64,000 bases of DNA from Candidatus Dormiibacterota bacterium (GTDB lineage Bacteria > Chloroflexota > Dormibacteria > Aeolococcales > Aeolococcaceae): assembly GCA_035938875.1 (NCBI GenBank), contig DASZGL010000069.1:13056-77055 (forward strand), read 5' to 3'. A model generated the notes under the pieces. The model ran no database searches, was not told the DNA's origin, and saw only the letters and a list, made by a program, of their open reading frames with translations. How positions within the stretch are numbered: the stretch's first letter is position 1; each line of letters begins with the position of its first letter. This document shows, piece after piece, positions 52,588-61,992 of the stretch. Made by a program: the position numbers and the translations under genes.

Positions 52588-54843
52588 TCAGAGGGCGGCA
52601 GTCACCTCAACAGGCGCCACGGTAACCGCCACACCGTTGAGCACCGCGTTGCCCGACAGCGGGTCGACGATGGTCTCGTCGACGAGCACGTTGCAGTTCA
52701 CGCCGGGTTTGGCAGCAGCCACGCTGAGGTTGGTCTCGGGGTCGTCGTGCCCCCAGCCATGAGGAATGCTGACCACGCCGGGCATGATCACGTCGGTAAC
52801 CTCGGCGACGATCTCGACGGTCCCTGCCGCCGAGGTGATGCGCACCATGCCGCCGTCGTCGACTCCGAGGCGAGCGGCGTCGTCGGGATGCAGCTGCGCG
52901 GTGCAGCGCACCGGCCCGCGGACGAGGACGCTGACGTTGTGCATCCACGAGTTGTTGGAACGCATGTCGCGCCGGCCGATGAGCACCAAACCGTTCGCGT
53001 CACGCCGCAACGCCGTCTGCAGCCGCGGCATGTCTCCGGCGATCGCCTCGGGGAGGACCTCGATCTTGCCCGACGCGGTGCGCAGCACCTCGGGGATGCG
53101 CGGCTGCAGCGGGCCCAGGTCGATGCCGTGCGGCGCCGCTTCGAGAGCCGCGAGGCTCAGTCCGCCGTGGCCGTTGAAGCCGTCACCGTAGGGGCCGGTG
53201 CGCAGCATCAGGTCGAGGAGTCGGTCGGGGCCGCGACGCGACGACAGCGCGTCGAGCACCTCCTGCGGGTCGCGGCCCTCCACGGGCGAACCCGGTGTCG
53301 ACACCTCGCGCTCCACCGCCTGGCGCGCCACCTGGTCGTCGAGGAGGCGGTCGTCGACATGCGCTCCCTGGCCCATGGCGATCGCCGCGAGTCGCAGCAG
53401 GATCTCCCACTCGTCGAGCTCGCCCGGAGCAAGCGGCAACACCGGTGGCGAGTAGCTGGCGATGTTACGCACCGCCAGCTGGTAAAGCGCGATGTCGTAG
53501 TGCGAACGGTTGAGCGCCGATGGCGGCGGCAGGATCACGTCGGCGTGGCGCGTCGTCTCGTTGAGGTAGATGTCGACGCTGACCATGAACTCCAGCGACT
53601 CGAGGGCACGGCGAAGACGCCCGCTGTTCGGCGTCGACAGCGCGGGGTTGCCGGCGATGGTGAGCAGCGCGCGCACCTGGGCGTCGCCGGGAGTATCGAT
53701 CTCCTCGGCAAGACACGCGACCGGCAGCTCGCCGAGAGCCTCGGGGAGCCCGCGCACCCGGCTGTGCCAGCGACCGAAGGCCATTCCCCTGCCCTTCCCG
53801 GGACGTCCCGACGTGTTCCGCGCGCCGGCCGCAGCGCGGGTGAACATCGCGCCGCCCTCGCGATCGAGGTTGCCGGTGAGGATGTTGACCACGTCGACAA
53901 GCCAGCTGGTGAGCGTGCCGAACTCCACCGTGCAGGTGCCGATCCGTCCGTACACCGCGGCGCTCGGCGCGGCGGCGAGGTCGCGCGCGAGGCGGCGGAT
54001 GGTGTCGGCGTCGATGCGGCAGTGTGGCGCGACGGCCTCGGCGGTGAACGGCGCCAGCAGCGCGGGTAGCTGCTCGTAACCGTTGAGGTGCTCGAGCAGG
54101 CGTCCGGGCTTGGCCAGGCCCTCGCTCAGCAGCGTGTTGGCGATGGCGGCGAGCAGGTGGGCATCGCTGCCTGGACGGATGAAGTGATGCTCGTCGGCGA
54201 TCTCCGCCGTGCGTGTGCGCCGCGGGTCGATGACCACCAGGCGGCCACCGCGCTCGCGCAGCCGGCGCAGCCGGCCGCGCATGTCCGGTCCCGTGAACAG
54301 GCTGCCGTTGGACTCCAGTGGGTTGGCGCCAAGCATCACCAGGTGCTGGGTGCGGTCGACGTCGGGAATCGGGACCGACAACGCCGCGCCGAACATGAGC
54401 CCGCTGGAGACGTGCTTGGGCATCTGGTCGACGGTGCTCGCCGAGAAGACGTTGCGCGTTCCCAGGGCGCGCATCAGGATGGGCACGTAGAGCGCGCCGG
54501 ATAGGTGATGCGCGTTGGGATTGCCGACGTACGCGGCGACGGCGTCGCGCCCGTGACGTTCGAGGATGGGCGGAAGCCGGCGGTGCACCTCGGCAAAGGC
54601 GTCGTCCCACGTCGCCGTGACCAGGCGTCCGTCGCGGCGCACCAGGGGCGTGCGCAGGCGGTCGGGATCCTCCTCGACCCGGGCAAGTCCGATCGCCTTG
54701 GGGCAGATGTAGCCGCGGCTGAAGACGTGCGCGCCATCACCGCGCAGCGCCGCGACGCGGTCGCCCTGCATGGTCAGCTCGAGGCCGCAGGTGGCCTCGC
54801 AGAGGGGACAGATTCTGTAGGCGGTGCGCCGGGCGGCCATCAC
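52588..54843 (-). CDS. molybdopterin-dependent oxidoreductase (formate-dehydrogenase/assimilatory-type catalytic subunit family)
   Basis: N-terminal 4Fe-4S motif CPLCEATCG...C. Molybdopterin oxidoreductase body and C-terminal molydopterin dinucleotide-binding beta-barrel (HPDDAARLGVDDGGMVRITS). No Tat signal is visible. Confidence 0.85.
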   Translation of the reverse strand: MMAARRTAYRICPLCEATCGLELTMQGDRVAALRGDGAHVFSRGYICPKAIGLARVEEDPDRLRTPLVRRDGRLVTATWDDAFAEVHRRLPPILERHGRDAVAAYVGNPNAHHLSGALYVPILMRALGTRNVFSASTVDQMPKHVSSGLMFGAALSVPIPDVDRTQHLVMLGANPLESNGSLFTGPDMRGRLRRLRERGGRLVVIDPRRTRTAEIADEHHFIRPGSDAHLLAAIANTLLSEGLAKPGRLLEHLNGYEQLPALLAPFTAEAVAPHCRIDADTIRRLARDLAAAPSAAVYGRIGTCTVEFGTLTSWLVDVVNILTGNLDREGGAMFTRAAAGARNTSGRPGKGRGMAFGRWHSRVRGLPEALGELPVACLAEEIDTPGDAQVRALLTIAGNPALSTPNSGRLRRALESLEFMVSVDIYLNETTRHADVILPPPSALNRSHYDIALYQLAVRNIASYSPPVLPLAPGELDEWEILLRLAAIAMGQGAHVDDRLLDDQVARQAVEREVSTPGSPVEGRDPQEVLDALSSRRGPDRLLDLMLRTGPYGDGFNGHGGLSLAALEAAPHGIDLGPLQPRIPEVLRTASGKIEVLPEAIAGDMPRLQTALRRDANGLVLIGRRDMRSNNSWMHNVSVLVRGPVRCTAQLHPDDAARLGVDDGGMVRITSAAGTVEIVAEVTDVIMPGVVSIPHGWGHDDPETNLSVAAAKPGVNCNVLVDETIVDPLSGNAVLNGVAVTVAPVEVTAAL

Positions 54844-54961
54844 AGGAATGTATAGCGCAAACAGTCATCTGGGCGACATGTGGACGACTGCGCCCAGTGG
54901 TAGTGTTCGCTCCCCAGCCGGCCCCTTGCCGGCTAATGCAGGCCACGGAGGAGGGACGTCT

Positions 54962-55612
54962 ATGACCAGCGCAACGCAAGAGGCGGGGGCGCCGTCCAAA
55001 GTCGTCTATGAACTCCAGGGCACGCTGCTCGAGGCATGCTCCTGCAACGTGCTCTGCCCCTGTTGGATCGGCGAGGACCCCGACGGCGGCACCTGCGATG
55101 CCTTCGTCGCCTACCACTTCACGAAGGGTGAGATCGACGGCGTCGACGTCAGCGGACTCAACATCGTCAACATCGTCCACATCCCGGGCAATGTGCTGAC
55201 GCCGGGCTCGTGGCAGCTCACCATGTTCCTCGACAAGGGCGCCACACAGCAGCAGCGCGACGCGATCGTCAACGCCTACTCCGGCAAGCTCGGCGGCCCG
55301 CTCGGCGATCTCGCCGGATTGGTGGGCGAGGTCAAGGCGGTCGAGGCAGTGACCATCGAGCACTCCATCTCTGGCGGCGCCGGGAAGTTGCGCATCGAAG
55401 GCGTGATAGAGGCGGAGGTCGAGCCTTACCGTGGCCCTGACGGCAGTGTGACCACGCTGCGCGACAGCGTCTTCAGCACAGTGCCCGGCTCGCCCGCGTG
55501 GGTCAGCAAGGCCAAGTACAACCGCGTGACGCTGCCGAAGTACGGCTACGAGTGGTCCTTCGAGGGTCGCAACGCCATCCAGGCCGACTACCACATCTCG
55601 TTCGCCCAGTAA
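54962..55612 (+). CDS. DUF1326-like protein
   Basis: ATG 54962 preceded by GGAGGAGGG. The Cys motif LEACSCNVLCPCW near the N-terminus is typical of DUF1326. Paired with the DUF2182-like gene (TAATG overlap). Confidence 0.65.
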   Translation: MTSATQEAGAPSKVVYELQGTLLEACSCNVLCPCWIGEDPDGGTCDAFVAYHFTKGEIDGVDVSGLNIVNIVHIPGNVLTPGSWQLTMFLDKGATQQQRDAIVNAYSGKLGGPLGDLAGLVGEVKAVEAVTIEHSISGGAGKLRIEGVIEAEVEPYRGPDGSVTTLRDSVFSTVPGSPAWVSKAKYNRVTLPKYGYEWSFEGRNAIQADYHISFAQ

Positions 55613-56391
55613 TGCTGGCAGCCCGGAGAGCGCTCCGGCTGCCACACCCAGCGATCCTCTGCGCCATCGCGGGGGCCTGGCTCCTCGCGATCGCCGCAGA
55701 GGTGAGCGGGCGCGGCGCGGCGCTGCATCACGACTCGTTGATCGAGGGCGGCCCGGCGTTCCCGGTCGCCCTCGCCATCTTTGCGCTTGCCTGGCAGGTG
55801 ATGATCGTCGCGATGATGCTGCCCAGCAGCCTACCGGCGATCCGCTTGTTCTATCGAATGGCGACGGCGCAGCCCCGCGCTACATCGGCGCGTACCGCCT
55901 TCGTCGGCGGCTACGCGCTGGTGTGGACGGTGTTCGGAATCGCCGCCTTCACCTTCGACCTGGGGGTGCATCGCACGGTCGACAGCTGGCCGTGGCTGTC
56001 CGACCGCTCATGGTTCATCGCCGGGGCGACGCTCATCCTTGCCGGTGCTTTTCAATTCTCGCCACTCAAGGATCAATGTCTCACCGTCTGCCGTCATCCC
56101 GCCGCGTTCATGCTCCGCTACTACCGGCGCGGAGTCGGCGCCGCGCTGGGCACCGGGATCCGCCACGGGATGTTCTGCGCCGGCTGCTGCTGGGCGCTGA
56201 TGCTCGTCGCATTCGCTGCGGGCGTCGCCAACCTGGTGTGGATGGCGGCGTTCACCGCGGTGATGATCGTTGAGCGGACGTGGTCGGAGGGCGAGAGAAT
56301 CACCGCTCCCGTCGGCGTGGCGCTGATCACCATCGGCGCGCTTGTCTTCGTCCACCCGGTGGGGCTGCCGCCGGTGTTCGCCAGCGGCTGA
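55611..56391 (+). CDS. DUF2182-like integral membrane (putative metal-binding) protein
   Basis: Trimmed to ATG 55611. About 6 TM segments. Motifs MMLPSSLP, FQFSPLKDQCLTVCRHP and GMFCAGCCWALM. Confidence 0.65.
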
Positions 56392-56403
56392 CCTGGCTCG
56401 CTG

Positions 56404-56928
56404 TCAGCAGGGCGGTGGAGTCGTCACCACACCGAGACCCACGACCGCGACGGATGTCTCGATGGCGAGCGGCGGGGAGAACGCACGGTGGTCGGCCGTC
56501 AAGACCTCGGCTCGAATGCGGTGCGATCCCGGGGTGATTTCGAGGATGAGCGTCCCGCCGGCGCGCTCGGCCACCTGCCGGCCGTCGACTGACATCGATA
56601 CCAGCCGGCCCGGTCCGGGCACAGCGGCGGACGTGCCATCGGCCATGCGTCCGCAGACCTCGACCGCGACCGGGCTGGTCACCGCGGCGCTCGGCGCCGG
56701 AGAACCGAACCTCAACGCGTAGCCGGGTGGGCTCGGCGCCAATGGCGTGAGGATCCACAAGGCGACGGTGGTGCTCCCTGCGGCGATGGCGGCGACGAGA
56801 CCGGCGATGCGCAGCCGCCGCGAGCGGACGAGCACGGCCACGGCCGCGGAGCCCGCCAGCACCGCGGCGACGAGCCAGCCGACCAGCCCGGGCAGGCCGC
56901 CGGTCGTGACGATGTGCCCGGGAAGCAT
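56404..56928 (-). CDS. membrane protein with C-terminal beta-sandwich-like domain, unknown function
   Basis: Two N-terminal TM helices. The C-terminal LILEITPGSHRIRAEVLTADHR resembles DUF4399-type motifs. Weak call. Confidence 0.4.
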   Translation of the reverse strand: MLPGHIVTTGGLPGLVGWLVAAVLAGSAAVAVLVRSRRLRIAGLVAAIAAGSTTVALWILTPLAPSPPGYALRFGSPAPSAAVTSPVAVEVCGRMADGTSAAVPGPGRLVSMSVDGRQVAERAGGTLILEITPGSHRIRAEVLTADHRAFSPPLAIETSVAVVGLGVVTTPPPC

Positions 56929-57039
56929 CGGAGGTTAGGTCGCCCACTCTCGGGACGTATGTATACAGATCCCGCCGCCGGCCCCGGGCGGCCGGAGGGG
57001 AATCATCGTCTGTCTAACTGGGGTTCGGCAAGCGCGCCG

Positions 57040-58536
57040 TCAGCCCGAGCCCCGGACGCGGCGCTCCTGTCCCTGCCAGTAGGGCTCACGCAACTGCCGC
57101 TTGAGTACCTTGCCCGTCGGGTTGCGCGGGATCACGTCGACGAAGTCGACCGACGTGGGTCGCTTGTACCCCGCCAGGCGGTCGCGGCAGAAGTCGATGA
57201 GCTCCGCGGCTTCGAGCGCCGACTCGGGGCGCCGGACGATGATCGCCTTGACGGTCTCGCCCCAGCGCAGGTCGGGAACGCCGATCACGGCGACGTCGGC
57301 GACGGCGGGGTGTTCAGCGATCACCGCTTCGATCTCGGCGGGGTACACGTTCTCGCCGCCGCTGACGATCATGTCCTTGATGCGGTCACGGATGTAGACG
57401 TAGCCGTCGGCGTCCATCGCCGCCGCGTCGCCCGTGTGAAACCAGCCGTCGCGCATCACCTCGGCGGTTTCGGCCGGCTTGCCGTGGTAGCCGCGCATGT
57501 TCTGCGGGGTCCTGGCGATCAGCTCACCGGCCTCGCCGCTGGCCACGTCGTTGCCATCGGCGTCGACGACGCGCAGGTCGACACCGAGGTTGGCGCGTCC
57601 GCAGGAAAGCAGCAGGTCGCCGTGATGTTCCTCGTGTGACAGCGAGGTGATCGCCCCGGTGGTCTCGGTGAGGCCGTACACCTGGGTGAACTTGCAGCCG
57701 AACAGGTCGATGCAGCGCTGCAGAAGCTCGGGAGTGATCGGTGACGCGCCGTAGAACATGCGCTTCAGCGCGCTGAAGTCGGCGCTTTCCACGCCGGGCA
57801 CCTGGGTGAGGAAGAGCAGCACCGCGGGCACCAGGAACCCCGACTCGACGCGCTCCTCGACGAGTGTCTGGAGCAGCTGAGCGGGAACGATCTCGCGGAC
57901 CATCACCATGGTGCTGCCCGCGTACATCGCCGCCGCCGCCCAACCGCAGCCGCCGATGTGATACAGCGGCATGGCCACCAGGCAGCGCCCGCCCTGGACC
58001 ATCTCCGGGGCTTCGATGGTGATCCCCGGCATGCAGACGAAGAGGTTGTCGTGGGTGAGCATCGCGCCCTTGGGCAACCCGGTCGTGCCGCTCGTGTACA
58101 GCTGCCAGACGACCTCACCGGGAACGTCGCGCCGCGGATCATCGCCGTCGATGCGGGGCAGCTCGTCGAATCCCAGCACCCGGGCGCCGACGCCGTCGGC
58201 AGCGCTGCGGAACTCCTCGCCGGCGATGATCATCGTCGCCCCGGCGTCGCCGGCGACCTGATGCACCTCGCGCTGCACCAGCCGCCAGTTGACCGGGGCA
58301 GCCACGGCGCCCGTCTTGGTCAACGCCCAGAGCAGCTCGAGGTAGTCCGCCGAGTTCTTGTCAAGGATGGCCACACGGTCGCCCGGCGACACGCCGAGGG
58401 AGATCAGACCATTGGCCAGCGCGGTGGTCGAGGCGTCGAGCTCGCGGTAGGTGATCGAGCGACCGTTCTCGCGGACGGCCTCGAGGTTGGGATGCCGCCT
58501 GGCCCGCCAGCGGAGCAGCTCCGCGAGGGTGCGCAC
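57040..58536 (-). CDS. acyl-CoA synthetase (AMP-forming, FadD-like)
   Basis: Trimmed to the GTG at 58534-58536, 2 nt after the PCD stop. AMP-binding motifs YTSGTTGLPKG, YGLTETTG, GWFHTGD and PRNPTGKVLKR. Confidence 0.85.
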   Translation of the reverse strand: MRTLAELLRWRARRHPNLEAVRENGRSITYRELDASTTALANGLISLGVSPGDRVAILDKNSADYLELLWALTKTGAVAAPVNWRLVQREVHQVAGDAGATMIIAGEEFRSAADGVGARVLGFDELPRIDGDDPRRDVPGEVVWQLYTSGTTGLPKGAMLTHDNLFVCMPGITIEAPEMVQGGRCLVAMPLYHIGGCGWAAAAMYAGSTMVMVREIVPAQLLQTLVEERVESGFLVPAVLLFLTQVPGVESADFSALKRMFYGASPITPELLQRCIDLFGCKFTQVYGLTETTGAITSLSHEEHHGDLLLSCGRANLGVDLRVVDADGNDVASGEAGELIARTPQNMRGYHGKPAETAEVMRDGWFHTGDAAAMDADGYVYIRDRIKDMIVSGGENVYPAEIEAVIAEHPAVADVAVIGVPDLRWGETVKAIIVRRPESALEAAELIDFCRDRLAGYKRPTSVDFVDVIPRNPTGKVLKRQLREPYWQGQERRVRGSG

Positions 58537-58538
58537 GG

Positions 58539-58871
58539 CTAGGCGCCCGCGAGCGCCACGTCGATCTTGGCGGCGAGGATGAAGTCGTTGCGCGTCAGGC
58601 CCTTGACCGCGTGCGTGGTCACCTCGATGTCGAGGCGGCCCCAGCCGATGCAGATGTCCGGGTGATGTCCCTCCGCGTCGGCGATGCGGGCAACCGCGGT
58701 CGCCGCACTGAATGCGGCGGTGAAGTCCTTGAATGGGACGTGGCGGAACAGCCGACCACCGTGCACCTCCCACTCCGGCGAGATCTCGGCGCGCAGTGAC
58801 TCCAGCTCGTCACCGCGGACCTTCGGCGTCGCCCCGGTGCAGGCTTCGCAGGATTCGCGCGCCAGTGCCAT
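58539..58871 (-). CDS. pterin-4-alpha-carbinolamine dehydratase (PCD/DCoH family)
   Basis: Trimmed to the ATG at 58869-58871 (110 aa). Signature AEGHHPDICIGWGRLDIEVTTHAVKGLTRND. Confidence 0.8.
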   Translation of the reverse strand: MALARESCEACTGATPKVRGDELESLRAEISPEWEVHGGRLFRHVPFKDFTAAFSAATAVARIADAEGHHPDICIGWGRLDIEVTTHAVKGLTRNDFILAAKIDVALAGA

Positions 58872-58903
58872 GGTGATGGGTTGCTGCCGTCCCTGGCGAG
58901 AAC

Positions 58904-59689
58904 CTATTCGAAGAGGTCGGGCTGCTCGCGGGTGATGCGATCCCAGATGGGCTGGAAGCTGAACCATCCGGCAACCGTCGATCCCACCAGGGCCGCGGTC
59001 TTGCGCGCCATCTCCGCGTCGATGAGCACCGGCTTGCCCGCCGCCTCGGCGAGCAACTGCGCCTGGCAGGAGCGCTCCATGGTGATGAACCACCACGCCG
59101 CCGCGTCGACCGACTGGCCGACGGTGAGCAGTCCGTGGTTGCGCAGGATGATGGCCTTGCCGTCGCGCAGCTCGCGGCCGATGCGCCTGCCCTCCTCGAT
59201 GTCGAGGACGACGCCGGTGTAGTCGTCGAGAAGGTAGTGGTCGTCGTAGAAGGCGCAGGCGTCCTGAGTCAGCGGGTCGAGGAGCCGCCCCAGCGAGGAC
59301 CACGACTTGCCGTACAGCGAGTGGGCGTGGGCGACGGAGATGACGTCGGGCCTGGCGGCGTGCACCTGCGAGTGGATGGCGTAGGCGGCGGTGTTGACGG
59401 CACGATCGCCCTCGACGACCTCACCCTCGTGGTTGACCAGGAGCAGGTCACTGACTCTGATCTGGCCGAAATGCATGCCGAAGGGGTTGACCCAGAAGTG
59501 GTCGAGTTTCTCAGGGTCCCGAGCGGTGATGTGCCCGGCGACGCCCTCGTCGAAGCCGCACCTGGAAAACATGCGAAAGGCGGCGGCAAGCCGCTGCTTG
59601 CGATGCAGCCGCTCCTCCTCCACCGACTGGAATGTCGGCGGCGTCGGGATGAACAGCTCTCGCGTCAGTGTCTGTGCCATTGCGACCAC
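58904..59689 (-). CDS. class II aldolase/adducin domain protein
   Basis: GHITARD, AAYAIHSQVHAARPDVISVAHAHS and ILRNHGLLTVG carry the zinc His ligand pattern of class II aldolases. Confidence 0.85.
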   Translation of the reverse strand: MVAMAQTLTRELFIPTPPTFQSVEEERLHRKQRLAAAFRMFSRCGFDEGVAGHITARDPEKLDHFWVNPFGMHFGQIRVSDLLLVNHEGEVVEGDRAVNTAAYAIHSQVHAARPDVISVAHAHSLYGKSWSSLGRLLDPLTQDACAFYDDHYLLDDYTGVVLDIEEGRRIGRELRDGKAIILRNHGLLTVGQSVDAAAWWFITMERSCQAQLLAEAAGKPVLIDAEMARKTAALVGSTVAGWFSFQPIWDRITREQPDLFE

Positions 59690-59792
59690 TCCTCCAGGGA
59701 CGTCCTTGGTCTTGACAGTGTACGGCGGAGGCCCCGCGCGACACGGCGCGGGTCGGTCGACCCAGCGGCTTGCCCGCTATCGTCCGGCGTTC

Positions 59793-61427
59793 ATGGACCA
59801 GGGCGGGCGGCGGATGTCGTGGTGGGGCTGGGGCTGGGAGGACGCAGCCCTCGACGCGGGAGCCGCCGAGGCTGTCGGCGCCACCCTGGCCTCGATGCTC
59901 GGCGTCGACGCCCCCAGGGCGCGGCCGGCGGTCGACCTCAGCGGCGTCAGCCTGCCACCGCCGCGCTTCGCCCCGCCTGTTGCGCTGCGGGTGCTGTGCA
60001 GCGACGATCGCCGCTCCCGCGCCGCCCACGCCCAGGGCAAGTCGTTTCGCGACGTCGTCCGCGCCCACGCCGGCGCCATCGAGCACCCGCCCGACCTGGT
60101 GGCCGCGCCGCGTGGCGAGGACGATGTCGGCGCCCTGCTGGAGTGGTGCACAGCCGCCAACATCGCGGCGATCCCGTACGGCGGCGGCAGCAGCGTAGTC
60201 GGCGGCGTCGAACCCGATGTCGGCGACGGCTATGCGGGCACGGTCAGCGTCGACCTGCGCGCGCTCGGCGCCGTCCTCGATGTCGACAAGCAATCGCGGG
60301 CTGTGCGCACCCAGGCGGGCATCCTCGGCCCCGCGCTGGAGGATGCGCTGCGCCCGCACGGACTGACGCTGCGCCATTTCCCGCAGTCGTTCGAGTTCTC
60401 CTCGGTCGGCGGCTGGCTGGCGACGCGCTCCGGAGGTCACTACGCGACGCTGCACACCCACATCGACGACTTCGTCGAGTCGTTGCGCGCCATCACCCCG
60501 CGCGGAGTCATCGAGACCCGGCGTCTGCCGGCGTCCGGCGCCGGTCCCAGCGCCGATCGCCTGCTGCTCGGCTCCGAGGGCATCCTCGGCGTGATCACCG
60601 AAGCCTGGCTCCGCGTCCAGGAGCGGCCGCGTTTTCGCGCCTCGGCATCGGTGCGATTCGCGCTGTTCGGCGACGGCGCCGCTGCGGCGCGCGCCCTGGC
60701 ACAGTCGGGCATGCACCCGAGCAACTGCCGGCTGCTCGACGCCACCGAGGCGCTGATCAGCGGCGCCGGCGACGGCAGCACAGCGCTTCTCCTGGTGGGG
60801 TTCGAGTCCGCCGACCACGACGTCGAGGCGATGATCACCCGCGCGCTCGAGCTGTGCGCAGACCACGGCGGCGAGCAGCCCGCCACGGTGCGCACCTCCA
60901 GCGGCGAGAGCGCTGAGGGCAGCGGCGACGACGGCGCCTCGCGCTGGCGCTCCGCCTTCCTCCGCGCGCCCTACATGCGCGACGCCCTGGTGACGCTGGG
61001 CTGGATCAGCGAGACATTCGAGTCGGCGATCACCTGGGACCGCTTCGCCTCGCTCCACGGGGCCGTCACCACGGCGACGCGCGAGGCGCTGACCGACGCC
61101 TGCGGGACCGGCCTGCTCAGTTGCCGATTCACCCATGTCTACCCGGACGGCTGCGCACCGTACTACACGGTGATCGCCCCAGGTCGACCCGGCTCATCGA
61201 TCAGCCAGTGGCAGCAGATCAAGCGTGCCGCGAGTGAGGCGATTCTGGCCAATGGTGGCACGATCACCCACCATCACGCCGTCGGACGCGACCACCGTCC
61301 CTGGTACGACCGGCAGCGGCCCGACCTCTTCGCCGCAGCGTTGCAGGCGGCCAAGCGCCAGCTCGACCCCGCCTCGATTCTCAATCCCGGGGTGCTGATC
61401 GACCCGCGCCCTGTCAGGGGGAGTTGA
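59793..61427 (+). CDS. FAD-linked oxidase (alkyl-DHAP synthase-like)
   Basis: MSWWGWGWED N-terminus, FAD-binding PCMH region (IPYGGGSSVVGG, GPSADRLLLGSEGILGVITEAWLRV) and C-terminal HHHAVGRDH. Start is ATG 59793 or 59814. Confidence 0.8.
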   Translation: MDQGGRRMSWWGWGWEDAALDAGAAEAVGATLASMLGVDAPRARPAVDLSGVSLPPPRFAPPVALRVLCSDDRRSRAAHAQGKSFRDVVRAHAGAIEHPPDLVAAPRGEDDVGALLEWCTAANIAAIPYGGGSSVVGGVEPDVGDGYAGTVSVDLRALGAVLDVDKQSRAVRTQAGILGPALEDALRPHGLTLRHFPQSFEFSSVGGWLATRSGGHYATLHTHIDDFVESLRAITPRGVIETRRLPASGAGPSADRLLLGSEGILGVITEAWLRVQERPRFRASASVRFALFGDGAAAARALAQSGMHPSNCRLLDATEALISGAGDGSTALLLVGFESADHDVEAMITRALELCADHGGEQPATVRTSSGESAEGSGDDGASRWRSAFLRAPYMRDALVTLGWISETFESAITWDRFASLHGAVTTATREALTDACGTGLLSCRFTHVYPDGCAPYYTVIAPGRPGSSISQWQQIKRAASEAILANGGTITHHHAVGRDHRPWYDRQRPDLFAAALQAAKRQLDPASILNPGVLIDPRPVRGS

Positions 61428-61992
61428 GCAGCAGCTCTTCGACGGTGACCAGCTGGGCACCGGCCGCGCGCATCTCCTCGAGCGCTCGCTCGCCGTCACC
61501 GGGCTCGACGTCGACCGGCCGCACCGCATCGGCGAGCACCACCGTCTCGAACCCCGCGCGCAGTGCGTCGAGTGCGGTGGCGCGCACGCAGTAGTCGGTG
61601 GCCAGTCCACCCACGAGCACGCGGGCGACGCCCTGGGCGCGAAGCGTTGCCGCAAGGCCGGTGCCGTCGAACCCGGAGTAGGCGTCGACCTCGGGATCCA
61701 TCCCTTTGCTCACCACCATGTCGGCGATGCGGTCGATGGCCGGGGCAATCGCCGCCCCCGGTGTGGTGGCGATGCAGTGTGGCGGCCAGGGTCCCCCGCG
61801 CTCGGCGAAGCTGATGTGCTCGGCGGGATGCCAGTCGCGGGTGGCCACAACCAGGTCGGCACACGCCGCCGCCGCCACCAGAGGCTCGATCACCTCGTCG
61901 CCGGCGGGAACAGCCAGCGAGCCTCCGGGCATGAAGTCGGTCTGGACGTCGACGGCGAGCAGCGCGGTGGGGATGTGTTCCTGCCGGTTCAT
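61414..61992 (-). CDS. pncA: nicotinamidase/pyrazinamidase (isochorismatase family)
   Basis: LLAVDVQTDFMPGGSLAV, TRDWHP..H.SF, PPHC and GLATDYCV (catalytic Cys). The ATG overlaps the pncB stop (ATGA). Confidence 0.85.
   Translation of the reverse strand: MNRQEHIPTALLAVDVQTDFMPGGSLAVPAGDEVIEPLVAAAACADLVVATRDWHPAEHISFAERGGPWPPHCIATTPGAAIAPAIDRIADMVVSKGMDPEVDAYSGFDGTGLAATLRAQGVARVLVGGLATDYCVRATALDALRAGFETVVLADAVRPVDVEPGDGERALEEMRAAGAQLVTVEELLLNSP

Noticed and set aside
52552-54069. 505 aa plus-strand ORF opposite the molybdopterin oxidoreductase gene.
   Set aside because: The reasoning is the same. The minus-strand frame carries the Fe-S and molybdopterin motifs, and the plus-strand product is low-complexity.
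59135-61136. Very long ORFs (593 aa on the plus strand at 59135..60916, and 541 aa on the minus strand at 59511..61136) overlapping the aldolase and FAD-oxidase genes.
   Set aside because: The translations are extremely Arg/Pro/Ala/Gly-rich and low in complexity, with no recognisable motif. The alternative frames encode clear class II aldolase and FAD-oxidase motifs.
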